From a virus, in the IMG/VR virus record IMGVR_UViG_3300034069_001731, positions 2,811-66,810 of that record: a stretch of 64,000 bases of DNA, one strand, 5' to 3'. This document shows positions 26,701 to 35,856 of the stretch, one piece after another (the first letter of the stretch is position 1; each line of letters begins with the position of its first letter). Position numbers and translations under genes: made by a program. The notes under the pieces were generated by a model. The model was not told where the DNA came from. It saw only the letters and a list, made by a program, of their open reading frames with translations, and ran no database searches.

Positions 26701-28461
26701 GGCCGAGAAGTATTTGCCCTCGAGGTTCGGCGCCACCTCGGAGATCTGGCCGAGGATGCGGGCGTCGTACTGACCGGTCCGGGCACCCTTACCGCCGAAC
26801 AGGGCGGCGAGGCCCATGGTGTCGTACTGATCGAGGCCCAGCTCCTTGCCGCGACCGATACCACCCGCCGCCAGGAACTCGTCCGACTTCTGGGCAGTCA
26901 TGCCGCCGTAGTTGGACATGCCGGCGTCGACGTTCAGGAACTTGCGGATCCCGTCGGCGTTCGTGATCTCCTTGGTGGACACCAGCTGCTGGATGGCTTC
27001 CGCCATGTTGTGAGCCAGCTTTTCGGAGTCCTCACCCATGGCGCCGGCCGCCTTGGGGATCATGTCCATCATGTCCTTCGACATCGCTTCCGGGACGCCG
27101 GAACGGATGGACTCGGACACGATGTCGATGAGGTGGTCGGCATCGACGCCGTATTTCAGGCTGGCGTTCATGGCGCCGCGGTTCAGCTCGTTCGAGTCCG
27201 CGCTGATCACGCTCCGCGGAGTGCCCTGCTTGAAGCCGAACATCTCGTACTTGGTCTTGGCGGTGTCCTGCGTCAGCGTGCTCTTCATGACACGGGACAG
27301 CTCGAGCAGCGCCGTCGTCATCGACGCCATGGCCAGGAAGGCCGGCGAGGTGAAGAACGGGTGCGACATCGAGTGGATGCCGTGGCGGATGTGCTTGCCG
27401 GCACTCTTGGCGCTGCCCCAGGCCTTGCCCTTGGCGGCGTTGTAGAGGCGCTCCCGGGCGTTGGCCTTGATCTTTTCTTCGGCGGCCCGGCGCTTGGCCG
27501 CGGCCTCTTCGGACCGGACGCGCATGCGCTCGAGGCGCTCGCTGCGCTCCATGATCCGCATCTGCCGGTTCAGCGGCCCGTATGTCGCCTTGTCCTTGGC
27601 GGCGGCGGCGCGCTTCTCAGCGGCCTCGGTGCCACGACGGATCCGGTTCTTGGACCTGAACGCGGTGAAGCCCTTGCTCAGGGCGAGATCTTCCTGACGC
27701 TTCGCGAGGGCATCCTGCCTGCGCTGAGCGGACTCCGTGGTCCGTTTGATGCGGGCGCTGGTGCGATAGCCGGTGAAGCCGCTGCGCATCGCGGCGTCGC
27801 TGTCGCGCTGCTCCTTGGCTTCGGAGCGGCGGCGGATCCCCATGCGGAGACGGCCGTTGCGGAAGACCGACGCATCGACGTACCCGGTGCGGGCGGAGCG
27901 GCCGGCCTTGCGTTCCTCGACCTCGCGGGCTTTGGCGATCTCGAGCTGCGCCGACAGGCGGCGGCGATGTTCGCGGGTGCGCGCGACGGCGAGTTCGGAC
28001 TCCTTGTCGCCGATCTGTTCCAGAAGGTCGACCTCGGCCCCGTGGGCCCGGTTGACCATGACCTGGGCGGCACGCTGCGCCTTCAGCATGTCGACGGCGG
28101 CCTTCTTTAGCTTCACCTGGCCGCCAGTGACGGATCCGAGCGTGCTGTCGAGCTTGTTGAGGCCGGCATTGAGGTCGGACGCCCACTTGTTGAAGGTGCC
28201 GCCCTCGACGTGGCGCTTGGCTTCCTTGAGCTTGCTGTTCAGCCCCTTGTCGAGGTTGACCCCGAGGGTCTTCACGGCCTTGTTGATGTTGCCGAACTGC
28301 TCGACCGACTTCAGGCTCGGGGCGATGTTGGAAACCTTCTGGGCTTCCTTCAGTCGCCGGGTCAGCCCGATGATCTCGCGATCGGTCTTCGAGAATGCCG
28401 CCTCGGTATGCGAGGAGGCGGCGATCTCGAGTTCCATCCTCAGGTTGTTGCTGTCGCTCAC
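23707..28461 (-). CDS. Tape measure protein with phage-tail lysozyme and CHAP/NlpC-like domains
   Basis: 1584 aa Ala/Gly-rich; FADGG..SGPG..RSDSI.ARVSNGEFV; AAGVVGNLGHES...GWAQWTG; WCADFV...GHVGF...GNY. Confidence 0.92.
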   Translation of the reverse strand: MSDSNNLRMELEIAASSHTEAAFSKTDREIIGLTRRLKEAQKVSNIAPSLKSVEQFGNINKAVKTLGVNLDKGLNSKLKEAKRHVEGGTFNKWASDLNAGLNKLDSTLGSVTGGQVKLKKAAVDMLKAQRAAQVMVNRAHGAEVDLLEQIGDKESELAVARTREHRRRLSAQLEIAKAREVEERKAGRSARTGYVDASVFRNGRLRMGIRRRSEAKEQRDSDAAMRSGFTGYRTSARIKRTTESAQRRQDALAKRQEDLALSKGFTAFRSKNRIRRGTEAAEKRAAAAKDKATYGPLNRQMRIMERSERLERMRVRSEEAAAKRRAAEEKIKANARERLYNAAKGKAWGSAKSAGKHIRHGIHSMSHPFFTSPAFLAMASMTTALLELSRVMKSTLTQDTAKTKYEMFGFKQGTPRSVISADSNELNRGAMNASLKYGVDADHLIDIVSESIRSGVPEAMSKDMMDMIPKAAGAMGEDSEKLAHNMAEAIQQLVSTKEITNADGIRKFLNVDAGMSNYGGMTAQKSDEFLAAGGIGRGKELGLDQYDTMGLAALFGGKGARTGQYDARILGQISEVAPNLEGKYFSALNSYDPITNPQGAALANAPKDLGYDNIQAMTQALKSGAAGIIDFFGRVGKLGPDKAKLIMQGAGFGEGAGAAAAEIAADPEGSKKYIEKARELSKQADGQDYLTEKWEIWSKSMSVMLGRLEAGMKVIDYQIGEPIKDLVLAPISEAWTQITASLTSDDVRGKVREAVQAFIDGLGIRDIKKAILDLAEGFKGHAVADFLRGVGEGIRSLFDDMHWAFDMIAKLSGSGDAETMGRWATEILGLSAALHLLSPVIGIMSAVTNGLLLIKDVFTGIKALGAIAGLTEAAGTAGGAAAGAGGFAALGAGIAAAIAAAPITIGAVAAAAVIGVTVMNWEGIKEFFGFGAPSPMAEGTIRGTGGRPDTVIRNDLLKQVPPSRRDQPETWHEFLSPEQMRQLQQGPQMPQPGFFETARRVMHFADGGLISGPGGGRSDSIVARVSNGEFVVNAAATARNLPVLEALNAGRPIPLFATGGAVGDASSFRPGAMSRQEYLPSGAGLAIKDATVGTERAVRDLKIELQAIRMLLQTASLGGAGGDAGSGGGGGGDERPNLRHGRVGGAIGGGTPNMRYGHGGSTPGTGDAREIGPKVSLGKMGSKFAAKAPVIMDGLMKKYGLTREQAAGVVGNLGHESAGFTAYHEGGQASAKGGVGWAQWTGPRRRAFESWTKAHNLNPTSDEASWRYLTEGDPETARAILAVKGQTTRKGAVRAWEQSFERAGVKNYASRDKFADTAFAGTPGGATVDNSAPSGVSPGGSGRQGDAVDSAMGMMGYNERQAATSLKHIMHAGEWCADFVNGTLAKSGIKGSGSAMARSFSGWGQHVDNKDVQKGDVIEESHGDHVGHVGFATGKTKTDKDGNITAVQMVSGNYGDKVSMNWEKVGMIADLRRSNEAVTAAAKQVTAKVPKSLGDAKTPEEIAKRVPTSDRPTAHRDAENGAGDSPDAGGSAGGGSAATKEVHHHHHLNFYSQVSDPDQHARSVGREMDRHMSTRVHDVDHDVG

Positions 28462-28473
28462 TTGCGGCTCCCT

Positions 28474-28698
28474 TTACGCGAAGCTGCTCGCGGGGCGAGT
28501 CTTTCGCTTACCTGGTCTGGCGGCATTGTTGTTGGCCTTCGCCTTCTCCTCGAAGACGGATCGAGCCACATCTGCGTGTTCGAAGAAATCCTCGAGCGCT
28601 AGATTGTCGATGGACTCAGGTGGCCAAGGCCATTTCTCGGCCACCGTGTACCAATCGACTTTTAGGCCTCGGAGGCGCTCTTCATGGGCTCCAAAAAA
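28474..28698 (-). CDS. Tail assembly chaperone E' extension (-1 frameshift product)
   Basis: The -1 frame after TTTTTTG reads FGAHEERL...KWPWPPESIDNLALEDFF (GpE'-like). Confidence 0.8.
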   Translation of the reverse strand, partial: FFGAHEERLRGLKVDWYTVAEKWPWPPESIDNLALEDFFEHADVARSVFEEKAKANNNAARPGKRKTRPASSFA

Positions 28699-28934
28699 TC
28701 CTGGAACCACTTCTGCATCGGAGCGTAGTCGGCGAGATCGAGGTCACCGATAACGTGGATCGGCTGGTCCGTCAGATCGGCCAGGACCTGCTGCATCGCC
28801 TGGATGGGGTCGACGTCGATGTTGCGCATGAACTTCTGCATGTCGCGCACCTTGGCGCGGCGGCCGGTGAGGACGCTGATGTTCTGGCCCTCGCGGACGA
28901 CAGGGTACTGCAGGTTGAACGTGGTCGTGGTCAT
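28662..28934 (-). CDS. Tail assembly chaperone (P2 gpE-like)
   Basis: LQYPV...RRAKVRDM...IGDLDLADY; lies between tube and tape measure genes. Confidence 0.88.
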   Translation of the reverse strand: MTTTTFNLQYPVVREGQNISVLTGRRAKVRDMQKFMRNIDVDPIQAMQQVLADLTDQPIHVIGDLDLADYAPMQKWFQDFLEPMKSASEA

Positions 28935-28964
28935 TGGGATGTTCGTTTCTTGGGGTTCGGGAAG

Positions 28965-28991
28965 AAAAAACCCCGCCTGATCAGGGCGGGG
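28965..28991 (-). terminator. Intrinsic terminator after tail tube gene
   Basis: CCCCGCCCTGATCAGGCGGGGTTTTTT. Confidence 0.8.
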
Positions 28992-29020
28992 TGGAGTTGA
29001 GGTCAGCAGCTAGACTGCGC

Positions 29021-29551
29021 TTAGGCGGTGAAGCCGGTGTTGTTGCGCGACGTCTGCATGATGTCGGTGCCGTTCACGAGGAACTTGTTGCCGTAGATGT
29101 CGACGTCCATCACGGTCACACCGGCGATGATGTGCTTGAATGTGTTGATCGCGACCTGGCAGGCATGCTTCACCTGCTTGCCGGGGACGGCGGCGTCGGT
29201 CTTGATCGACTTCAGGGTGCCGTTCATGCCGACCGAGACCGAGGTCTGGACGCCGGTCTGGGTGAAGGCGTTGCCCAGGAAGAGGAAGGGCACGCTCTGC
29301 GAGCCGGCGCCGTAGCCGATGTTCAGCCAGATGTCGGCGTCCCAGGTGAAGAGATCGAAGGAGAAGTCCATCTTCTCCACGCCCATGGGGATCTCGACGG
29401 TGCCGAACATGCCGCCACCGCGGTAGTCCTCCATTTCGAGGTTGAATTCCGGGATCGTGACCGACGGGCACATGCCGATCTTGCCGATACCGTTGATGCT
29501 CACCGTCCAGTCCCGGAGGATGAGGGAGTCGCGAAGATTTGCAGCGGACAT
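29021..29551 (-). CDS. Tail tube protein (P2 FII family)
   Basis: VTIPEF..EMEDYRGGGMFG.VEIPMGVEKM. Confidence 0.92.
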   Translation of the reverse strand: MSAANLRDSLILRDWTVSINGIGKIGMCPSVTIPEFNLEMEDYRGGGMFGTVEIPMGVEKMDFSFDLFTWDADIWLNIGYGAGSQSVPFLFLGNAFTQTGVQTSVSVGMNGTLKSIKTDAAVPGKQVKHACQVAINTFKHIIAGVTVMDVDIYGNKFLVNGTDIMQTSRNNTGFTA

Positions 29552-29647
29552 AGATGTCTCCAGTCGCGCGCCGACGCACCCCGGCATCTCGTGAGAGACG
29601 GGTGTTGCTGTCGGTGCGGACTATGATGGGAAGGTGGACGGGCCGGA

Positions 29648-31087
29648 TTACTGGCCGGTGATGCTCGTCGCGAAGGTCTCGACGAAGCTGTTGTAGTAGT
29701 TCGGGTTGCGCGAGGCCTGGAAGATCAGGTGCTCGAGCGAAGCCGCCGGCTCGATGTCGAAGTTGACGTAGAGTTCACCGCCAGCGAAGGTCGCGGCCGT
29801 GTTCTGCGTCGGGTCGATCCAGCACTTGCCGCCGATCAGGGCGCCACGCTCCACCAGCTGCGCGAGGTAGCTGTTGACGCTGTCCATGATGAAGCGGAGC
29901 AGCGCGTAGCTGAACGGCTTGTCCATGCAGCTGCGCATGGCGGTCTCGAGGCTCTCGTAGACCATGTCGGCAGTACGCCGCACGGACAGCTGAGCCCACA
30001 AATCGTCATCGCCCGTCCCGCGGAGGCCCCAGAACCGGTAGCCATCATCGTGGATGATGGTCGTGACCTGGTTCTCGTTGAGGATGTTCGCTTCGCTGTT
30101 CGCGTCGTTGATCATGTAGTCGATCGGCCGCGCGGGGCCGCCGATGTCGTTGATCACGTTGTTCGAGAACGGGAACCAGAACCCCTTCGCGGCGTCGACC
30201 GCGGCCTGGATGCCGGCGGCGTAGGCGGAGGCCGGGGCCACCACGTAGGCCGACAGGTTGGTGTCGAACTTCAGCACGCCCGGGTCGATGACCATGACAC
30301 GCTGCGAGCCGTAGTCGTCGCGGTACGACACCGAGTCGTTGTAGTTCGTGCCGGGGCCGTCGAGCAGCGCGATGGCGCGGAGGCGATCCACGATGGACGC
30401 CAGGGCGACGCCGACCGGGTTGGCCACATGGCCGAGGGTGGCCGTGGCGACCGCACCCGAGGCGCCCGTGGGGCCGTGGATGGTGATCGTCGGGGCGGCG
30501 CCGGTGTAGCCGAAGCCCGGATCCGAGATCGTGACGCCGACCACGGCACCGCCGACCACGTCGACCGACGCCAGGGCGGTGCGGCCGCCGGCCGGAGCCG
30601 CGGAGACCGTCGCGGTCGTGGTGATGTCGTAGCCGGTGCCGCCGGCCGTCAGGTTGGCCCCGGACACGCCGTTGGTCGGGCGGTCGGAGGTGAAGCCCGG
30701 GGCGACCAGGATCTTCGGGATGATCTTGAGGATCGAGCGGGAGTTCAGGAAGGCCCAGACGCCGGTCTTGGCGACGGGGTCACCGACCAGAGCCGACCAG
30801 CTCTCGGCCTCGCTCGTGCCCTCGGCGACGCGGACCACGACGATGACGGCGGCGCCCTGCGCGAAGATCGCGTTGACGGCGTCGAGCAGCGTGCCGGTCT
30901 TGCCGAGCCGGTTGGCCAGGAGGACGTCGGAGAAGATCGCGACCGGGGTGTTCAGGGGGAAGGCCGCAGTGTCGGCGTCGGGCGCCGTACCGATGAGGCC
31001 GATCACCGAGGACTTGACGGTGCTGACGGGCTGGACGCCCGAGGTCAGCTCGATGGTCTCGATGCCGTGGAGGTAGGAAACTGCCAC
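29648..31087 (-). CDS. Tail sheath protein (P2 FI family)
   Basis: YLHGIETIE, IGLIGTAPDAD..FPLNTPV, PKILVAPGF, GYRFWG and SVRRTAD. Confidence 0.95.
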   Translation of the reverse strand: MAVSYLHGIETIELTSGVQPVSTVKSSVIGLIGTAPDADTAAFPLNTPVAIFSDVLLANRLGKTGTLLDAVNAIFAQGAAVIVVVRVAEGTSEAESWSALVGDPVAKTGVWAFLNSRSILKIIPKILVAPGFTSDRPTNGVSGANLTAGGTGYDITTTATVSAAPAGGRTALASVDVVGGAVVGVTISDPGFGYTGAAPTITIHGPTGASGAVATATLGHVANPVGVALASIVDRLRAIALLDGPGTNYNDSVSYRDDYGSQRVMVIDPGVLKFDTNLSAYVVAPASAYAAGIQAAVDAAKGFWFPFSNNVINDIGGPARPIDYMINDANSEANILNENQVTTIIHDDGYRFWGLRGTGDDDLWAQLSVRRTADMVYESLETAMRSCMDKPFSYALLRFIMDSVNSYLAQLVERGALIGGKCWIDPTQNTAATFAGGELYVNFDIEPAASLEHLIFQASRNPNYYNSFVETFATSITGQ

Positions 31088-31102
31088 TGTGTGCTTGGCT
31101 CC

Positions 31103-31136
31103 AAAAAAAAAGCCGCCCCGGGAAGGAGCGGCTTTT
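31103..31136 (-). terminator. Intrinsic terminator upstream of sheath gene
   Basis: AAAAGCCGC...GCGGCTTTTTTTTT. Confidence 0.75.
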
Positions 31137-31200
31137 GGAAGGGGATCTGGGGTTGTGTTTCTCGATCAGCTTTTGCTGATCGTGGAAGGCGGAAGGCTCA

Positions 31201-31647
31201 TCAGAAGATGAAGGTCGGGAAGCCGAAGCCTCTGAGGCGGCGGTACACGCTGGCGTCGCCGTCTTCGCGGTCACTCCCGCGACGCTGCATCGTGCTCGGG
31301 TCGACGGGGTCGATCAGCAGCACGCGCCTGGTGGTCCGGAGACCGCCATCGATCACGAAGATCTGCAGGTGAGCGGGAGGGCGTTTGCGGCCGGCCGGCA
31401 GTGACCGGATCAGGCTCGTGATGTCCTTCGACACGACGACGCGGACGGTGCCGATCTGGTCGGGCACGATGGTCACCGCGGCACTGATGTCGGTTTCGGC
31501 TGGCGTCGTGCCCGGGGGCGCGAAGTAGGCGGCACCGACCGTTTTGCCGGTCAGGTCGAGAGCGTCGCCGGACGGATCCAGCAAGACCTCCGTGAAGACC
31601 CAATCATCTCCGATGAACGGCCGCTGCTCGGAGCAGACGTCGTCCAT
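31201..31647 (-). CDS. Hypothetical protein (BppU N-terminal-like)
   Basis: GDDWVF..VLLD..G.ALDLTG.TV pattern. Confidence 0.55.
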   Translation of the reverse strand: MDDVCSEQRPFIGDDWVFTEVLLDPSGDALDLTGKTVGAAYFAPPGTTPAETDISAAVTIVPDQIGTVRVVVSKDITSLIRSLPAGRKRPPAHLQIFVIDGGLRTTRRVLLIDPVDPSTMQRRGSDREDGDASVYRRLRGFGFPTFIF

Positions 31648-31665
31648 GGTGTCCTTTGGTGAGGG

Positions 31666-31896
31666 TCAGAAGCTCGCGGCGGGTGTCGCGATCTGGATGT
31701 TGGCGGCTGCTGCGGACGACAGCCGGAGCGTGAAGACGAGGGGTGCCGACGGATTGTCGGCGTCGATGACGCCGAGCACGCGGACCTCGCGGACGAAGTT
31801 GCCGTTGCTGTCGGTCGCTATGTCGGTGACGGCGACAGAGCCGGCGCCATCGATCTCGATCTTCTGCTGGATGTTGGAGATGCTGGGCTGTGCCAT
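31666..31896 (-). CDS. Small hypothetical virion-module protein
   Basis: ATG at 31896; beta-rich 76 aa. Confidence 0.65.
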   Translation of the reverse strand: MAQPSISNIQQKIEIDGAGSVAVTDIATDSNGNFVREVRVLGVIDADNPSAPLVFTLRLSSAAAANIQIATPAASF

Positions 31897-31898
31897 GG

Positions 31899-32147
31899 TC
31901 AAATCTCGGTGGTGTAGACGGCACCTTCGCAGTGCCTGATCCACCACTGCGGCCAGGGCACGCGCGCCGCCCAGCCGCCGGAGCGCAGGCTTTCGCCAAT
32001 CCGGGAGCTGATGGTCTGGTAGGCCCTGCCGCCGAGAAGAGCGTTGACGAAGATGTCGAGCCCGATCAGCACCGCGAGGATGTGGCTGTGAGGTGGAAGG
32101 CCGGCAGGGACCGGCTCCGTGATGGTGGCGGTGATCTGCTCCGTCAT
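31899..32147 (-). CDS. Hypothetical protein
   Basis: ATGA-coupled; NALLGG...TISSRIG motif. Confidence 0.7.
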   Translation of the reverse strand: MTEQITATITEPVPAGLPPHSHILAVLIGLDIFVNALLGGRAYQTISSRIGESLRSGGWAARVPWPQWWIRHCEGAVYTTEI

Positions 32148-32653
32148 AGGGCCGCCGCCGCGGTCCAGAGGGCGTCGAGGGCGGCGGCGCTCATGCCGTA
32201 GAGCTGAGCGAGAACCGGAACGATGGCGCTGGAGCGCTGGAAGGACGTCGCCCCGCAGAGCAGCATCCTGGCGGCGAACTGTTGGTCCGTCGGCAGCTTG
32301 GCGACGAGCGTAGCGATGGCCGCGGGAAGGACCCCGGTCTGAACGGCGGCCAGAGCCTCGTCCTGGGTGATCTTGCCCTCGATCGCCAGCTGCTGGAAGA
32401 ATTGGCGGTCCGAGATCGTCTCCGGCACTGCCGCGGGCGGCGGTGGCGGGGAATAGGCGACGAAGCTCTTGCTGGGCTCATCCCACTTGATGTTGGGCTG
32501 CTTCTCGAGAAACAGCATCCACTGATCGTCGCTGATCTCGGTTCCGCCAGCCGGGTAAGCCGGATTGGGTTCGCCGTCGATCGTGAGGGGTCCGTGGATG
32601 TCCTCGGAATAGAACGCCGGCAGGCCGGTGTCGCTGAGGATCATGTACTTCAT
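32144..32653 (-). CDS. Tail fibre assembly chaperone-like protein
   Basis: Follows the fibre gene; EISDDQW, PPPP linker and ISDRQF...LDALW.AAAAL. Confidence 0.7.
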   Translation of the reverse strand: MKYMILSDTGLPAFYSEDIHGPLTIDGEPNPAYPAGGTEISDDQWMLFLEKQPNIKWDEPSKSFVAYSPPPPPAAVPETISDRQFFQQLAIEGKITQDEALAAVQTGVLPAAIATLVAKLPTDQQFAARMLLCGATSFQRSSAIVPVLAQLYGMSAAALDALWTAAAAL

Positions 32654-32657
32654 TGGA

Positions 32658-33848
32658 TCAGTATCCTACTGCGATCCAGCGCGTCGATTGGTTCGCGTAT
32701 CCCGCTGCAGCCGCGTACTGGATGTAGCGAGGGGCGACCGTGAACTGCGATGCTGTGAAGTTGTACGTGGTGTACGCGACGACCTGGTTCCCAGGAGGTG
32801 ACGCATCCGGCGTGAGCACGACGGCCAGCCCCGAATTCGGGAAGGCGATCGGCATTGTGACGACAGTATCGCCGCTGCCGGAGACGCCCGCGTAGCCCCA
32901 CTGGATGATGAGACCGCTCGGCAGCTTCTGGTAACCGTTATTGGCCAGGCTCTTGGTACCGTTGTTGTCGCCCCACAGGTTGCCCATGTCGGACGTGTCG
33001 ATCGTGTACTTGAGGTTGGAGCCGCTCCACCCGAGCTTCACGACGTTGGTCGACTGGCCGACGCCGGTGCCCTGCTGGACGGGCGGGTAGCCGAGGGCGG
33101 CCTGCCGGCTGGTGTCGACCGGATGGACGTGGTCGGCGTGCGCCGCCTGGGGCGACGTGCCGGCCGCAGCCGACCCGTTCATCGCGGGCGCGTTCGATCC
33201 AAGGTTCGAGGCGTCGATGATGGAAGCATCGACCAGCGTCCAGGCCGAAGAGCCGTTGCTTTCGAGCGCGAGATAGGCGCGGGCGGCACCGAGCACGTAG
33301 CTCGTGGCGCCGTTGATGGTATCGGAGCCGGCACGGGCCACCGTGATCGTCTTCGAGGACGAGCAGGCGCCGCTCTCGTCGACTACCGTGAGCTGCACGC
33401 CCGTCGGGTAGGATGCCGCTGAAGGCAGCTGCAGAACACGGGAGGCCGTCAGGCTCGTGATCGCCACGGTGCGGTCGGTGGCCAAGATGGTATAGGCGGC
33501 GTCGGCCACCGCCTTGCGGGCGGAGATCGCGTTCTTGAGGGTCGAGACCGCGTTGTCGGCGTAGCCTTCCGCCGTGGCCACCCCTACCCCGACCGCCGCG
33601 TCCGCGTAGGCGGTCGTGGCGAGGTTGGTGGAGTTGTCCTTGGCCGCCTGCGTCGGCGCCTTCGGGTTGCCGGTGAAGATCGGCGACGCGAGGTAGGCGA
33701 TGCCCTTGAGCAGAGTGGCGACGATGCCGCCGGCGGCGTCGGGGGTGTAGAGGATCGAGTCGGCCTGGTTGATGACCAGCTCGCCGTCGGCGACGCTCGG
33801 GGGTACGGAGCCGCTCGTCTTCGAGCGGCGCATCTGGATCAGGGTCAT
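32658..33848 (-). CDS. Tail fibre protein
   Basis: IQMRRS...DGELVIN; [14 protein letters not shown]; C-terminal [14 protein letters not shown] domain. Confidence 0.88.
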   Translation of the reverse strand: MTLIQMRRSKTSGSVPPSVADGELVINQADSILYTPDAAGGIVATLLKGIAYLASPIFTGNPKAPTQAAKDNSTNLATTAYADAAVGVGVATAEGYADNAVSTLKNAISARKAVADAAYTILATDRTVAITSLTASRVLQLPSAASYPTGVQLTVVDESGACSSSKTITVARAGSDTINGATSYVLGAARAYLALESNGSSAWTLVDASIIDASNLGSNAPAMNGSAAAGTSPQAAHADHVHPVDTSRQAALGYPPVQQGTGVGQSTNVVKLGWSGSNLKYTIDTSDMGNLWGDNNGTKSLANNGYQKLPSGLIIQWGYAGVSGSGDTVVTMPIAFPNSGLAVVLTPDASPPGNQVVAYTTYNFTASQFTVAPRYIQYAAAAGYANQSTRWIAVGY

Positions 33849-33855
33849 GGGGGCC

Positions 33856-35013
33856 TCAGTAGGTGCCGCCGTTGACGTTCGTCGCGAGTGACGCCGTCTG
33901 GCAGACCACGGTCCACTTCGAGGCGCCGTCGCTCATCAGGGTGACCTGCCCATAGGCGGACGAGATGACGTAGGTCGTGGCGCCGTTGATGAGGTCGGAA
34001 CCGCTGACGGCCACGGTGATGGTGTTGGTGCCGGAGCAGTTGCCCGAGCTGTCGCCGATCTGGACCTCGGCACCGGCGGCCATGGAGGCTGCGGCGACCA
34101 GGGTCAGAACGCGGGCTGCGCTGATCGACGTGTACTGGGCGTTGTAGTCGGTCGACAGATGGGTGTAGGCGGTGTCGGCGATCGCAGTGCGGGCGTCGAT
34201 CTTGAGCGTCGCGCGGGCGGCGGCGATCGATACCGACTGCAGCAGGGAGCGCCCGGTCGCGGTGGCGTCGGTGATGTCGGTGGACGACAGCACGACGGCG
34301 CCGATGCGGCCGGCGACCGTGGTCACGGCTTCCTGGGGGCCATCGATCTTGTCCCAGGCGGAGCCGTCGAAGGTGACGATGTCGCCGACCTGGAACTGGC
34401 TGCCCGAGACGCCATCGAGGTAGGACGAGAACGTCAGGGCCGCGCCGCTCGAGATCGCCGCCGTGGTGGCGGTCGACAGCGTGATGGCGATACCGTTGAT
34501 GGCGGTGACCGTGGTGCCGGCTGCGATGCCCGGACCGGTGACGAGATTGCCGACCGCGATGCCGCTGGCCGATGTCACCGAGATGGTCGTGGCGGCGCTC
34601 GAGGCCGCGGCGGAGGTCGTGGTGTTGGTCGCGATGCCCGCGGCCGACACCTTGTAGAAGTAGCCCTTGGTGCCGACGCCCGACAGGATCTGGGGGGCGT
34701 TCGTGGCGGCGTTCCAGGTGCCCTGGAACACCATGGCGCCCGTGATGGAGGCCGGCAGCTGGGCGGCGGGCAGCTTGCCGGAGCTGTCGAGTGTCGCGAC
34801 ACCGGAAGCGACGCCGAGCAGCGAGGCGAGGACGTAGGCCCCGGGCCCGGCGAGCTTGGTGATCGACGTCGCGACGCCGGAGCCGTTGTCGCCGTTGCCG
34901 AAGTAGAGGATGCCATCGACGGCGTTCCAGGCCATCTCGCCCGAGGCCAGCGACGCCGGAGCGCCGGCCGAGCCCGAGTTGCGGCGCTTGATTTGGATTG
35001 TCTGGTTGGTCAT
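33856..35013 (-). CDS. Second tail fibre / receptor-binding-type protein
   Basis: IQIKR....P..LASGEMA; LDSSGKLP; FQGTWNA.TN.P; shares a module with 32658-33848. Confidence 0.75.
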   Translation of the reverse strand: MTNQTIQIKRRNSGSAGAPASLASGEMAWNAVDGILYFGNGDNGSGVATSITKLAGPGAYVLASLLGVASGVATLDSSGKLPAAQLPASITGAMVFQGTWNAATNAPQILSGVGTKGYFYKVSAAGIATNTTTSAAASSAATTISVTSASGIAVGNLVTGPGIAAGTTVTAINGIAITLSTATTAAISSGAALTFSSYLDGVSGSQFQVGDIVTFDGSAWDKIDGPQEAVTTVAGRIGAVVLSSTDITDATATGRSLLQSVSIAAARATLKIDARTAIADTAYTHLSTDYNAQYTSISAARVLTLVAAASMAAGAEVQIGDSSGNCSGTNTITVAVSGSDLINGATTYVISSAYGQVTLMSDGASKWTVVCQTASLATNVNGGTY

Positions 35014-35021
35014 GACGCCTG

Positions 35022-35630
35022 TCAGAAGGTGCCGCCGTCGGACTCCGCGGCGAGGGCGGACGGACCGGCGTAGACGAAGGGAACGTTGTCGGTCTCGACC
35101 GTCGTCGAGTCGTAGACGCCGCCGTCGACCACGGCCGCGGCGAGGATGGGCGGCGAGCTGGGCGACAGCTGCCAGGACGAGAAGGATCCGCTGCCGTAGA
35201 CCTCGACGACGTTGACCACGAGGTTGCCCGTGGTGCGGTCATAGGAGGTGACGAGACCGGCCATCGACATCAGGGCGTTCGACGACAGCGCCGACATCCA
35301 GCGCGCCGGGGCGAACTGGTTGCGCAGCGGGGCGTCGATCACGAAGGTCTTGGTACCGGGCGACAGGTCGAGGGTTGTGCTCGACGTCGCCGAGAAGATG
35401 GCTCCGAGACTGGCGATCTCCGAATAGGCCTGGAAGACCGGCGTCAGCGCGGAGTTGATCCGGTTGAGGCCGACGTCATTCAGGGTATCCACCGCCTTCT
35501 GCCAGTCCGGCATGAAGCTTTCGAGGATCAGGAAGCGGTTGACGATGTAGGTGAAGGCGGCATCGAGAACCGCCTTGTCGAAGGGGGCCGACTCGGAGAT
35601 GTCGAGCGGGGTCGGGAGGTTCGTTGCCAT
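35022..35630 (-). CDS. Baseplate/fibre-associated hypothetical protein
   Basis: Co-oriented within the tail operon; high GC3. Confidence 0.7.
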   Translation of the reverse strand: MATNLPTPLDISESAPFDKAVLDAAFTYIVNRFLILESFMPDWQKAVDTLNDVGLNRINSALTPVFQAYSEIASLGAIFSATSSTTLDLSPGTKTFVIDAPLRNQFAPARWMSALSSNALMSMAGLVTSYDRTTGNLVVNVVEVYGSGSFSSWQLSPSSPPILAAAVVDGGVYDSTTVETDNVPFVYAGPSALAAESDGGTF

Positions 35631-35646
35631 GTCGGCTCGGGACCCC

Positions 35647-35856
35647 TCAGACCTTGATCGCGCCGGCTGCCTTCAGCGACTCCAGCGTCGGGGTATCGAC
35701 GACGTGCTCGCTGCCGCGCCGGAACTCGTGGCCGTTGATGGTGACCGTCACGAGGATGACCACCGTCGTGTAGCCGGTGAGGTCGAGCGCCGGGACCACA
35801 GGTCCCAGCGTCAGGGTGGCGGCGAGCTTCGCCGCCGCGGTGTTGGTGTTGGTCAC
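35647..35856 (-). CDS. Small hypothetical protein
   Basis: GTG overlaps the upstream TGA; MTNTNTAAAKL...AAGAIKV (69 aa). Confidence 0.6.
   Translation of the reverse strand: MTNTNTAAAKLAATLTLGPVVPALDLTGYTTVVILVTVTINGHEFRRGSEHVVDTPTLESLKAAGAIKV

Noticed and set aside
23719-28110. 1463-aa + strand ORF, and similar long antisense ORFs (for example 49243-51639, 16731-18245, 29729-31372, 11489-12808)
   Set aside because: Shadow frames opposite well-supported genes; high GC3 suppresses antisense stops; no motifs
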